DNA of 64,000 nt from an uncultured Gammaproteobacteria bacterium. Its GTDB lineage: Bacteria; Patescibacteriota; Patescibacteriia; Patescibacteriales; GWC2-42-12. The notes beneath the pieces are model-generated. The model saw only the letters and a program-made list of their open reading frames with translations, had not been told where the DNA came from and made no database searches. The stretch is from contig CAYXNZ010000001.1 in NCBI GenBank assembly GCA_964467155.1, positions 4,070 to 68,069 of the forward strand. The letters run 5' to 3'. Below are positions 45,746 to 55,900 of this stretch, piece after piece. The stretch's first letter is position 1. Each line of letters starts with the position of its first letter. The position numbers were made by a program, and so were the translations under genes.

Positions 45746-46420
45746 TTATTCTAATAAAAATTTTTTAAATTCGTTTTTTTGTTGTTTTGAATCGTTTATA
45801 ATTATATTTGTTAATTTTTCGTATTCTTTTGTGTTTTTAAATTGATCGAGAACAATATTTTTATTACAGAGATTACCTTTTCTTAAATTTAAATAATCCA
45901 TATAACTAGACCACGGCCAACTTGTAGCTTTAGTAATATTGTGAATTTCCGAATTGCCGTTAATGTAGCAAGAGACTTTTTGTAATTGACCGTCTGATTT
46001 TATTTCAACAGCTTTAAATGTTCCCTGAAACAATGAGCCTGATCGATTATGTTTGTTGTTAAAATATCTTGTGTAGCCATAGCCTAATTTGTGCATAAAT
46101 TTTGTTATTCCCTCGTTGATAGATTGCTGGACTAATAAATGGAAATGATTTGGTAAGAGCGAATAGCAAATTATTTTTACCAAAGGAATCTTTTTAGAAG
46201 CTAAGCTACTACAAAAAGAATGTTTTTGTAGTAGCTTAGCTTCTTTATCTTTTAATTGTTTTAAGCGATAAATGCTTTCGATTGGATTAATATTATTAAA
46301 TTCACGCAAGCTAATTAAAAATCTTAAATAATCATTTTTATCAAGAAAAATGTTACGTTTATCTACGCCTCGGTTAAAAATATGATAATAGTTATCTGTT
46401 TGAAATTTAATTTTTCTCAT
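45746..46420 (-). CDS. IS200/IS605-family Y1 (HUH) transposase, RAYT-like
   Basis: The start is moved to MRKIKFQ (46420). It has the HUH motif LLPNHFHLLV, a C-terminal Tyr context (SCYINGNSEIH), and WPWSSY. An in-frame hairpin repeat lies at 46196-46244. Confidence 0.75.
   Translation of the reverse strand: MRKIKFQTDNYYHIFNRGVDKRNIFLDKNDYLRFLISLREFNNINPIESIYRLKQLKDKEAKLLQKHSFCSSLASKKIPLVKIICYSLLPNHFHLLVQQSINEGITKFMHKLGYGYTRYFNNKHNRSGSLFQGTFKAVEIKSDGQLQKVSCYINGNSEIHNITKATSWPWSSYMDYLNLRKGNLCNKNIVLDQFKNTKEYEKLTNIIINDSKQQKNEFKKFLLE
46196..46244. repeat. family-3 hairpin (22-bp perfect stem) inside the RAYT-like gene
   Basis: agaagctaagctactacaaaaa / gaatg / tttttgtagtagcttagcttct. It has the same arms as 49149-49193. 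Confidence 0.9.
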
Positions 46421-46443
46421 CGCAAGACGTTTGGTTGAATTTT

Positions 46444-46452
46444 TGCTATAAT
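46444..46452 (+). promoter_or_regulatory. extended -10 element TGcTATAAT
   Basis: tgctataat lies 26 nt upstream of ATG 46478. Confidence 0.35.
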
Positions 46453-46477
46453 CTAAGTATAACATTAAATAAAAAAT

Positions 46478-46942
46478 ATGTTTACAAAAAGAACAATTAC
46501 TTGGGCAATCGTGATAATTATAATTTTAGGTTTGACAGTTTGGCTAGTGCCAAACATAATAAAATACAGAAGTGCAGTCCAGGCAAGCTCAGGTTTTCCA
46601 TATCAGATTGGATTAACTAAAGTGGTGATAATTCCTTGTTTTACTATTGGAACGCCACCAGTATGTGTTGGTGGCACTTTGTGTACCGTAAAGGATGCTG
46701 CGACTTGTACATTGTATTCAGATGTTTCAGGAATGCCAGCTGGCGGTATGGGCGAGAAAGGACTTTTTTTAAATACCGCTATAACTAAAACTGGTTTAAT
46801 ATCTGGTGGGCAATTGATTGCTGGAGGTACATCTCCAGTTTTAATGGATAATGGAGTTTTAGCTTCGGTTGGTGGAGTTTCTTATGCTGTGTCCAATAAA
46901 GTAAATCAAACGATTGATTTTGTGGTTGCCTTATTTGAATAA
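46478..46942 (+). CDS. hypothetical membrane-anchored secreted protein
   Basis: It has an N-terminal TM helix and a Gly/Cys-containing extracellular part. No family was recognised. Confidence 0.45.
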   Translation: MFTKRTITWAIVIIIILGLTVWLVPNIIKYRSAVQASSGFPYQIGLTKVVIIPCFTIGTPPVCVGGTLCTVKDAATCTLYSDVSGMPAGGMGEKGLFLNTAITKTGLISGGQLIAGGTSPVLMDNGVLASVGGVSYAVSNKVNQTIDFVVALFE

Positions 46943-46946
46943 AATT

Positions 46947-47846
46947 ATGGATATATATCAACAAACATTAGAACTGTGTAAACAGTATAATATTAAACCT
47001 GCTCGTTCCAAAGGGCAGAATTTTTTAATTAAAGAAGAAGTTTACAATAATATTATTGAAGCAGCTGATTTGAAAAAAGATAATATTGTTTTGGAGATTG
47101 GACCTGGCTTGGGTTTTTTAACAACCAAATTAGCTGATAAAGCAAAACAGGTAATAACAATAGAACTAGATGATAAATTAGCAAAGTATTTAAAGTTTAG
47201 TTTGGAGATACAAAAAATAAAGAATGTTGAAATTATAAACGAGAATATTTTAGATATTGAAATTGAAAAGTTGAAAGTTAAAAATTTTGAATATAAGATT
47301 GTTGCTAATTTGCCATATAATATCACTTCTATTTTTTTGCGCAAATTTTTATCTTTAAAAAATAAACCAAACACAATGGTTTTGATGTTGCAAAAAGAAG
47401 TAGCAGAGAGAATTTTAGCCAAACCAGGCAAAATGAGTTTACTGGCTGTGTCAGTTCAATATTATGCTGAGCCAGAAATAATTGACTATGTCCCAGCTAA
47501 TGCTTTTTGGCCAGAGCCTCAAGTAGATAGCGCAATAGTTAAGTTGAAAGTCAAAAGTCCCTCCAATTCGGCGGGCAGGCAAAAGTCACCCGCCTGCCAA
47601 GCAAGCTTGCGAACGGGCAGGAAAGTTAAACAGGTTGGTGTGGATAAGGAAAGAGATTTTTTTAGATTAATAAAGTTTGGTTTTAGCTCAAAACGAAAGA
47701 TGTTGAAGAATAATTTATCTGTTGGGTACAAAATAACCCAAGAATTAGCAGAAAATAAACTAAAACAAGTAGGTTTTGACCCAAAAATTAGAGCACAAGA
47801 ATTGTCAGTTGAAGGTTGGGTTAAATTGTTTGGAGAATTTAATTGA
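46947..47846 (+). CDS. rsmA: 16S rRNA (adenine1518/1519-N6)-dimethyltransferase RsmA/KsgA
   Basis: The start is moved to MDIYQQT (46947). SKGQNFL, the motif I sequence LEIGPGLGFLT, NLPYNITS and PQVDSAIV are present. It contains a 25-codon repeat-derived insertion. Confidence 0.9.
   Translation: MDIYQQTLELCKQYNIKPARSKGQNFLIKEEVYNNIIEAADLKKDNIVLEIGPGLGFLTTKLADKAKQVITIELDDKLAKYLKFSLEIQKIKNVEIINENILDIEIEKLKVKNFEYKIVANLPYNITSIFLRKFLSLKNKPNTMVLMLQKEVAERILAKPGKMSLLAVSVQYYAEPEIIDYVPANAFWPEPQVDSAIVKLKVKSPSNSAGRQKSPACQASLRTGRKVKQVGVDKERDFFRLIKFGFSSKRKMLKNNLSVGYKITQELAENKLKQVGFDPKIRAQELSVEGWVKLFGEFN
47547..47630 (+). repeat. family-2 element inserted in frame in rsmA
   Basis: acccgcctgccaagcaagcttgcgaacgggcagg (47589-47621) matches 14071-14104. 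It is bounded by aaagtcaaa / aaagttaaa exactly 75 nt apart, and encodes SPSNSAGRQKSPACQASLRTGRKVK. Confidence 0.75.
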
Positions 47847-47884
47847 AATATGTTATAATAAAATAGTTAACATAGAAAATTTTA

Positions 47885-48574
47885 ATGGAAGAAGATTATA
47901 AAAATGAAGGCGAAGAGTATCGTGAAGAATATGAAAGTGATCAGGAAATTCCGCAAGCTCAACCACTAGACCGCAATCGCAAAATTGCTGCTGGTGCTTT
48001 GGGTGTGTTTGCATTTGTAATCATTATTATGTGGGCAGTTCAGTTGAAAAATAGTATAAATAGTCCATTGAGTTATAAAAGTAGTAGTAATAATCAAGCA
48101 GAAACATGTACTGGACCGAATTGTGGTGGAATTAGCGACGAAGCTTTAAAGGTAAAAGATACCGATGGTGACGGGTTAAACGATTATGATGAATTAAATA
48201 TTTATAATACATCGCCATATCTGGAAGATAGTGATAGCGATGGTTTTAGTGATAAAGAAGAGATAGATAATGGAAATGATCCGAATTGTCCGACTGGACG
48301 GGATTGTTATTCTGAGCCATTAGCTACAGCTGAAACAGAAGTAAACACACAAGATAGTACATTAAATAGTTTATTAGACCAATATGGTTCTGAAGAACCA
48401 ACAACCGAATTAAACAATACTGAAAGTTTAAATATAGAAGCATTGCTTGGGAGTAGTTTAGATGCAAGTGCATTGCGTGAAATGCTTATACAAGCAGGTA
48501 TGGATGCAAATATGTTAAATCAGATTAGTGATGAAGAATTATTGGCGAGTTATGAAGAGATATTAGGCAGTTAG
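47885..48574 (+). CDS. membrane-anchored protein with thrombospondin-type-3-like Ca-binding repeats
   Basis: It has one TM helix (AAGALGVFAFVIIIMWAV), followed by DTDGDGLNDYDE and DSDSDGFSDKEE repeats. Confidence 0.55.
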   Translation: MEEDYKNEGEEYREEYESDQEIPQAQPLDRNRKIAAGALGVFAFVIIIMWAVQLKNSINSPLSYKSSSNNQAETCTGPNCGGISDEALKVKDTDGDGLNDYDELNIYNTSPYLEDSDSDGFSDKEEIDNGNDPNCPTGRDCYSEPLATAETEVNTQDSTLNSLLDQYGSEEPTTELNNTESLNIEALLGSSLDASALREMLIQAGMDANMLNQISDEELLASYEEILGS

Positions 48575-48601
48575 ATTTTTGAATTTTTTATACTTAAAGA
48601 C

Positions 48602-49126
48602 ATGAATAAAAAAATCAATAATATAGTTTCTGTCGAAACAATTGAAAGTAAAATTTTACATATTCGTGGACAGAAAGTTATTACAGATAGAGATTTAGCT
48701 AATTTTTATGGGGTTGAAACAAAAGTATTAAACCAGGCGGTTAAAAGAAATATGGATAGATTTCCTGCAGATTTTATGTTTCAATTGAATAAGATTGAAA
48801 CTGATGTACTGGTCACAAATTGTGACCGGTTTAGAACATTAAAACATTCTTCAAGTTTGCCCTATGCTTTTACCGAACAGGGTGTAGCGATGTTATCAAG
48901 CGTTTTGAAAAGCAAAAGAGCAATTGGTGTGAACATTGCTATTATGAGAATATTTGTAAATATTAGAAAATTTATATCTTCTTATGATGGGTTAGCTAGA
49001 AAAATAGCAGAATTAGAGAGTAAATACGACATAAAGATAAGTGAAATTATGAATATAATTGATTATTTAGTTAAAGATAAAGAGATAGAAAAAGATAAAA
49101 AAGAGATTGGCTTTAAAACAAGTTAG
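48602..49126 (+). CDS. ORF6N (KilA-N-related) DNA-binding domain protein
   Basis: IRGQKVITDRDLANFYGVETKVLNQAVKRNMDRFPADFMFQL ... PYAFTEQGVAMLSSVLKS matches the ORF6N pattern. Confidence 0.8.
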   Translation: MNKKINNIVSVETIESKILHIRGQKVITDRDLANFYGVETKVLNQAVKRNMDRFPADFMFQLNKIETDVLVTNCDRFRTLKHSSSLPYAFTEQGVAMLSSVLKSKRAIGVNIAIMRIFVNIRKFISSYDGLARKIAELESKYDIKISEIMNIIDYLVKDKEIEKDKKEIGFKTS

Positions 49127-49148
49127 ATTTTTGAAAATTATAAAATAA

Positions 49149-49193
49149 AGAAGCTAAGCTACTACAAAAACTTTTTGTAGTAGCTTAGCTTCT
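49149..49193. repeat. family-3 hairpin, intergenic copy
   Basis: agaagctaagctactacaaaaa / c / tttttgtagtagcttagcttct, with arms identical to 46196-46244. Confidence 0.9.
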
Positions 49194-49271
49194 AGTATTA
49201 ATTAGGAGAGGGGAAGCGAACGAAGTGAGCGGGGTGAGGTAATATAGATTGAACATTTAATTTTAAAAATG

Positions 49272-49308
49272 AAAAACCCTCGCAACTTTAATGAATAAAG
49301 TGCGAGGG
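49272..49308 (-). terminator. rho-independent terminator for the minus-strand lipoprotein gene
   Basis: ccctcgca (49277-49284) pairs with tgcgaggg (49301-49308). The A5 on the plus strand is a T-run on the minus strand. Confidence 0.65.
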
Positions 49309-49369
49309 CTAGAGATTGTCGAGCGTTTCCATTTGTAAATCCTTTCGAGTTTGAGAATGAGCGTGAGTG

Positions 49370-49879
49370 TTAACGAGGAGCAAAAGAAGAAGTCGGTTCC
49401 TCAAGTAGTTCAACTGAAAAGGATGTTCTTTCCTTCTTCGGCGGAGCAGGAAATTCTGTAATGGTTGACATAGCGGGGTCAAGATCAACATTTTTAATTT
49501 CCAAAAATTCATTACGGACAAACTTTTTCTTTTTTTTACTGTCCATGTCCATGTATTTTTGGATTTTCCGCATATCTTTGTAGTATATTCTGTACGTGGG
49601 ATTACCTTTAAGATAGGCTACTAATACCCAAGAAGGGTTTTTAAGATATGTCGCACGACTCATCTGAACTTCATATTCGCCGATTTGCAGTTTTTCAATT
49701 TGTCCAATGGTTTCTGAATTTGTTTTTTTTGTTTCATTTTTTGATTCCATTATACTCGCGAGACCGCTTCCTGCTAAACCAGTAGCCACTTGAAGTGCCC
49801 CGCCACAACCGATGACAAAAAAAAATGATGTGACCACCAATGTTATTGTAAACAAAGTAGACCCTCTTATTTTTTTCAT
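49370..49879 (-). CDS. putative lipoprotein
   Basis: It has a signal peptide with the lipobox FVIGC and a strong SD AGGAGGA 8 nt upstream. It is divergent from the giant gene. Confidence 0.6.
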   Translation of the reverse strand: MKKIRGSTLFTITLVVTSFFFVIGCGGALQVATGLAGSGLASIMESKNETKKTNSETIGQIEKLQIGEYEVQMSRATYLKNPSWVLVAYLKGNPTYRIYYKDMRKIQKYMDMDSKKKKKFVRNEFLEIKNVDLDPAMSTITEFPAPPKKERTSFSVELLEEPTSSFAPR

Positions 49880-49935
49880 CTCTATATCCTCCTGTTTTAT
49901 AGTAGTTTAAATTTAATGTTCAATGTATTAGTTTA

Positions 49936-49941
49936 TATAAT
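49936..49941 (+). promoter_or_regulatory. candidate -10 box TATAAT 11 nt before the giant-gene ATG (short or no leader, no SD)
   Basis: tataat lies at 49936-49941 and the ATG at 49953. Confidence 0.3.
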
Positions 49942-49952
49942 ATAGCATATTT

Positions 49953-52900
49953 ATGAAAATTAGTCAAATAAGAACAAAATTAATTATTTTTTTAATATTA
50001 TCAATATCTATAATATTGTTTTTTTCTCCATTTATAGGAGTAAAAGCAGCAGATAGTTTTGCGCCATTTCAAATTGAAAAAGGGAGTTTGTCTGGAAATG
50101 ATTTAACAGCTGGCTATAAAATAGAAACTAGAGCTGACGGAACTGAATGGGTTGTTAAACAAGGAGCAATAGAAAGAACAATGAATCAAGTAAAAACCTG
50201 GGCCATTGATGAGGCATGGAAAGAATTAAAAAAATCAAGTGCAGTTGCATTCAAGCAGTCTTTAAAAAAATATCTTAATACTTTGGCTTATGATATGGCT
50301 ACTTATATAGCCACTGGTGACAAAGGACAAGCACCAATGTTTGAAGTTGATAGTTTTGGTGATTTTGTAAGAAATGCAGCGGATGATTATACAGGATATT
50401 TTATAGAAGAACTTGGTAAAAAAGGAATGTGGGGAACTAAATTTAATCTTTGTGAGCCTGATCCGAATGTTAAACTAACGATAAGTCTAGGTTTACAAAA
50501 AATTTCTCGTCCTGATAAGCCGGAATGTACTTTTACAGAAATGAAGAAAAATTGGGATGAAGCTCTGAGTGATCCAAATTTTTTGAATGATTTTCAGGAC
50601 ATGTTTAATCCATGGTCAAATGATTTAGGTATAGCTTTAACGTTACAAACAGGAATGGAAACAGGTGCTAGTCAAGCGGCTGAAGATGCAGCAAACGAAC
50701 GTTTGGAAGGAATGGGTATAAAGGCTAAAACTGACCCAGTAAGTGGAAAAATTAAAACACCTGTAACAATAGTTAGAGAATTTTTTTATAAACCAATAGA
50801 AGATTCATCTGCTTCGGAAAAAATTTTTACAGGTTCTATAGCAGCAGATGTAATTGATGTTTTTTTGAATACTTTGTTGGGCAAATTGGTTGATAAATGG
50901 TTAGACGAAGGTATCGTGACTGATTTTTTTTCAGACAGCAACTCTGCTGATTATACTTATTCTGGTTCTGGTGGAGGAATAGCTGCAGCAAAAGAAAGAT
51001 TTAAAAGTTTAATTGAACCACAGTTTGGTGTTCGGGGTGACTATGATATTTTAGCAGAATTAACGATGTGTTCTGACCCGACTAAAGCTGGACCAACTAA
51101 TTGTGTTATTACAGATAATTTTCGCCAGGCAATTGAAAACCGATTGACGGTTGGGCAGGCGCTAACACAAGGATATTTAAATACGAGTGGAATTTTTGGT
51201 TTTAATGCAGATGGTTTGGAGCCAAATTACAATGAAGGTTATCCGTATCGTTCTATGATAATTTTAAGAAAATTTAGGATATTACCGGTTGGTTGGGAAC
51301 TAGCAGCAGAATATATTAAAGATCATCCAGCAGAGATTGACGGAACAAAAAATTTAGGTGATTTAGTAGCTTGTTATTCAGCTAGCGATGATTATAACGG
51401 GTATTATGCTAATTGGTGTGATGGGCTGGTTGACCCGACATGGGTTTTGAAAGCGCCGTTGAACTATTGTAAGCGCGAAGGTGCTGGACCAGAAATAATT
51501 TCTGAGCAAATTATGGGTGAAGGGTACGACAGCGAATTGACGATATTGAGAGATGACACTTATTGTGCTGATGAGCAGTCCTGCATCCAGGAAAATAGTG
51601 ATGGTTCGTGTAATCTCTATGGCTACTGCACAGAAGAGAGGCGAACATGGAATTTTAATGCTGATTCGTGCGATCCAATTTATAATACTTGTCAGACTTT
51701 CCGTAGTTCAGACGGACAAACAATATCTTATTTAGAAAATACTTTGGATTATGGTATTTGCTCTATTGATAATGTCGGTTGCCAGGCTTATTGTCAGGAT
51801 TACGATAATACAACTGAAAATTACACTTGTACCGAGAGTACTGGTGATAAAATATATTTAGATAGTAATGCCGAAGAATGTTCGGCTGAAAATGAAGGCT
51901 GCCACGAGTTTATTAGAATGAAACCTGGATTGGGTGCAAACATTTTAACTAATTCTGGTTTTGAAGACGATATTGATGGGACGATTTGGCAAGGCGCAGG
52001 AACGCAGGTTTATGATAGTTACGAAGGCAGTCGAGGGTTGGAACTAGTTAGTAATTTATCAAAAACTATTACTTTTGGACCAAATGATTATAATGTAGCT
52101 GGTCAGTATTTTTCCCTATCTTTTTATGCTAAAGATTGTGGTTTGGGAGACAATTTTGAACTAGGTGAGCAAGAAACAGCAACTAGTTTAAATCAAGCTG
52201 AGGATTGGCAATATTATAATACAGCGTATGTTTATTCAACGGATTTTAATTCTAATCAAGTAAACTTTTCTATAAATTCTGATTCTTGCGTGATTGACGC
52301 AATTAAATTAGAACGCGGACAAGTCACTACGACTTATAGTGATTATCGTGGGCAGGGTTTAGTCTATCAAAAATTAGCACCTGATTATTTGTCATGTGAT
52401 GGCGTGGGTGATTCGTCAGCCTGTGATAATTTTGCTCGTACTTGTTTAGAAGATGAAGTTGGTTGTGAAATGTATACTTCAGTCAACGATGATATAAGCG
52501 TGGCAGCAAAAGTTGTAGCACAAGATTATTGTCCGAGTGAATGTGTTGGTTACGATACCTATATTCAAAGTGAGACGATTTTTGATTCTCTACGTGATTC
52601 ATATTTTATTCCAACTACAGCTCAAGTCTGTGGAGCAGAAGCCGTTGGCTGTGATGAATTTACGAATTTAGACGAAGTGGAGTCTGGTGGCGAAGCACGA
52701 GAATATTATTCTTATTTAAGACAATGTATTGGTGTAAATGATAGTCAATGTGCCGAATTTTACACATGGGAAGGTTCTGATGAATCTGGTTATCAATTAA
52801 AAGTTCTGGTGTTAAAAGAAAACCAGACAACCGGCGAGCCAGCATTAACAGAAGATGATTCTACACAATGTAATGAAGCAATTTATAATTTAGACGAAAC

Positions 52901-55900
52901 TGATCCAAGCTATAATACAGATTGTCGACAATTTTACAACAGAGACGGACAATTGTCTTATCATCTCTATACTCGAACAGTTAGCTGTAGTGATAATTGC
53001 CATCCTTATCGTCGAACTGAAATTAATGTCGATCCAGAAATTGTTTTGAGTGGCGAGTGTGTTGGTTCTGATAGACATTGGGATACGCCAACTGCTCAAT
53101 GTGTTGTTTGTAAAAATAGCGGAGAGTGGAGCGACCAACATCAATCTTGTATTTATATGGCTATACCAGGCGAAGGTATGACTTGCGCAGCTAACCAAGC
53201 AGGTTGCCGTGAATATAGTGGTAATACTGGCAATAACATGAGGTTTGTTTTGAACGATGATTTTGAGGGTAGTTTGCAGGACTGGACAGGTGTTAATGGC
53301 ACAACCATTAGTTTGTCCAATGAGTCACTTGTCGTTGGTGGAAATTCATTAGAAATAACAGGTAGCCCATTTACTATAAGTAAAACAGTCGGGCAGAATG
53401 TCTTTAAAGGTAACGCCTATGTTTTAACCTTTAGTGCAAAAGCGAGTAGTGCTTCAGCAATTACTTCAATCCAAATGTCTGACAGTGAAGCTTCAACTGA
53501 TTTTACAACAGTAAATTTGTCTAATGAATGGCAATATTATGAAGTTAATTTAACTAATCTTGACCATGACGTTTTGAGTGACGAAGCGATAGTTATGGAT
53601 GCCGATGGTAGTTTATATATTAATGATATTAGATTAACTGAGATTACTGATCGCTACTATTTAATCAAAAATTCATGGGTAACACCAGACAGTTGTAATC
53701 GTAATATTAAAGGTGAGCCATCTCCTTTATATATGTTAGGCTGTGAAGCTTATTATGACCGAGAAAATGATATACATAATTTACATAATTTTGATTATTT
53801 ATGTGGTAGTTCCGCGGTTGGTTGCGAATTAATGATTGATACGCATAATTATAGCGATTATCAATCAGAAGTATTTAATGAAAATGATGATAGTGAAATT
53901 ACTGTTTTGGCTGATAATTATTCATATATTGTTTATGACTCAAATAAACAATGCAATCAGGATGACAAAGGTTGCCAAAAATTAGGTGAGCCTTATCAAT
54001 ATGAAGATGATTTATTGTATAGTGATAAATATTTAAAAAACAATCCAGATAAATATAATGAAATATTATGTGAAGCAGAAGCAGTTGGTTGTCAGGAATG
54101 GACATCTACTGATGGTACAAATTACTTTAAAGATCCAGGTGATATGGTTTGTCAGTGGCGTCAAGCAGCTGATACGACTGAGCAAGGTTGGGGCTGGTAT
54201 AAGAAAAAAATTAAACGTTGTAATGGTAACGACGGAGATGTTTGTTTGGTTGATAATGATTGTTCAGACGGACAGACTTGCCAAATGGAAACTGAAGATA
54301 TTTCTTGTGCAACAACATATTGGAAAACTTTTGGTTATGGTGGACAAGAATCTCGTATCTATCAACCAGGCGGCGATTGGACCGGTTTATGTTCAGCTAG
54401 TCAAGCTGGTTGTACAGAATATATTGACCCAGTTTCACAATTTAGTTCAAATATTATTTTTAATAATAACTTGGCATCACCTCAAGACGTTGATTCTAAT
54501 GGAATCCCTGATGGTTGGATAAGTTTCGGAGGTGGTTTTAGTCAGGAAGTATCAGCTAATCCTTATACTTTATATCGTTTAAGTAGAAACAGTTTAGCTG
54601 GAAACATTAGTTTAACTTGTAATAATAATATTTATACCTTGGGTAGCAATAATATATTATCAAGCGGAGCAACGACAATTAGCTTGTCAGATGAGAATTA
54701 TAATTCTAGTAAATTAATTTATATATCCAATAATGAATCTTGTGTAATAAATGTGAGTAGTGCCTCAGGTCAAATTGGACTAGCAGAGGCAGTTATAGAT
54801 TATCAATTAAAAGAAGACATTGATAAACAAAGTTGTAATGGCATAATTGATTTTGAAGATGGTTGTGTTTTATTCAATGAACGAGACAGTAGTGGTTCGT
54901 CTTTATCTGGTTTAACTTGGGACGCTGATTTAACTATTTCTGATCAAAGTGGCGTAACTCCACTCGTAGGAGAAGAAAGCAACAGAGATGCTAATGTCAT
55001 AATAAAAGTAACGCCAGATAGAATTTGTGATAAATGGTTGGCTTGTCGTAGCTACATTAAAGATGAAAACGATAATAACGTATGTTTTGATATAGGTTTA
55101 TGTAATAGTGTTGATCCGAATGGTAACTGCAATAGTTTTTTAACAATCGAAAAAGAAAATCAAATTTATCCTGTTGTACTAGATAATTCTGATATTGCTA
55201 ATATGACTGGATATGCTAAAGTCGGTTATTCTAACGGATCAATGGTTAGTGATTATTATTCGTTTGGTGCAATGGAGCAAGAAGGAGAAATGACTAATGT
55301 TGCCAATAGCGGTTTTGAAATAGCTGGTTCAAATGGTTATCCAATTGGATGGATTTGGGAGGGCGGAACGTGGAATGCTAGCGTATTTAAAGTAATAAAT
55401 AATCCAATTGAAACACAGACTGAAGGACTTGGTTATGCACCTGAAGGACAAAACTTTTTAAAACTTGGCTCAAGCTATAATGCAATTAGTGAATTTGTGG
55501 ATGTAGTTGGTGGAACAGCAAATGATCCAATTGAATATATTGTTACCGCCTACATCAATACTCTTAATTTGAAATCAGGTTCAGCCAAAATAAAAATTGG
55601 TTTATATGATAGCGCTGGTAATCATCTAGCTGATGCTTCAATGAACCCAGAAATAACATTAGAGCCTGGTCATGATTGGATATTTAAATTAGGTAGATTT
55701 AATATATCGTCAACAAACGTTAGCCGAATTAAAATTATTCTTTATTCAGATATTGGGACTGAAGGTAATTATTATTTTGATGATATAAAAATAAAACCAG
55801 CCTTGAATTCAAGAGATAGTTGGTACACACCGCAAAGTTGCCGATTGTATCCGCAAACTGATTCTTTGTCGTGTGATTATTATGATAATTCTGGTAAACG

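Noticed and set aside
48602-49126. Prophage or integrated element suggested by the ORF6N/KilA-N-like gene
   Set aside because: It is a single gene with no integrase, capsid, terminase or att-like direct repeats nearby. It is insufficient evidence for a prophage.
54058-54522. Alternative-frame ORFs inside the giant gene (for example 51553..51735, 54058..54522, 56362..56604 and several on the minus strand)
   Set aside because: They are fully nested in a 7.5-kb uninterrupted frame with coherent domain and motif structure. They are short and have no start context.
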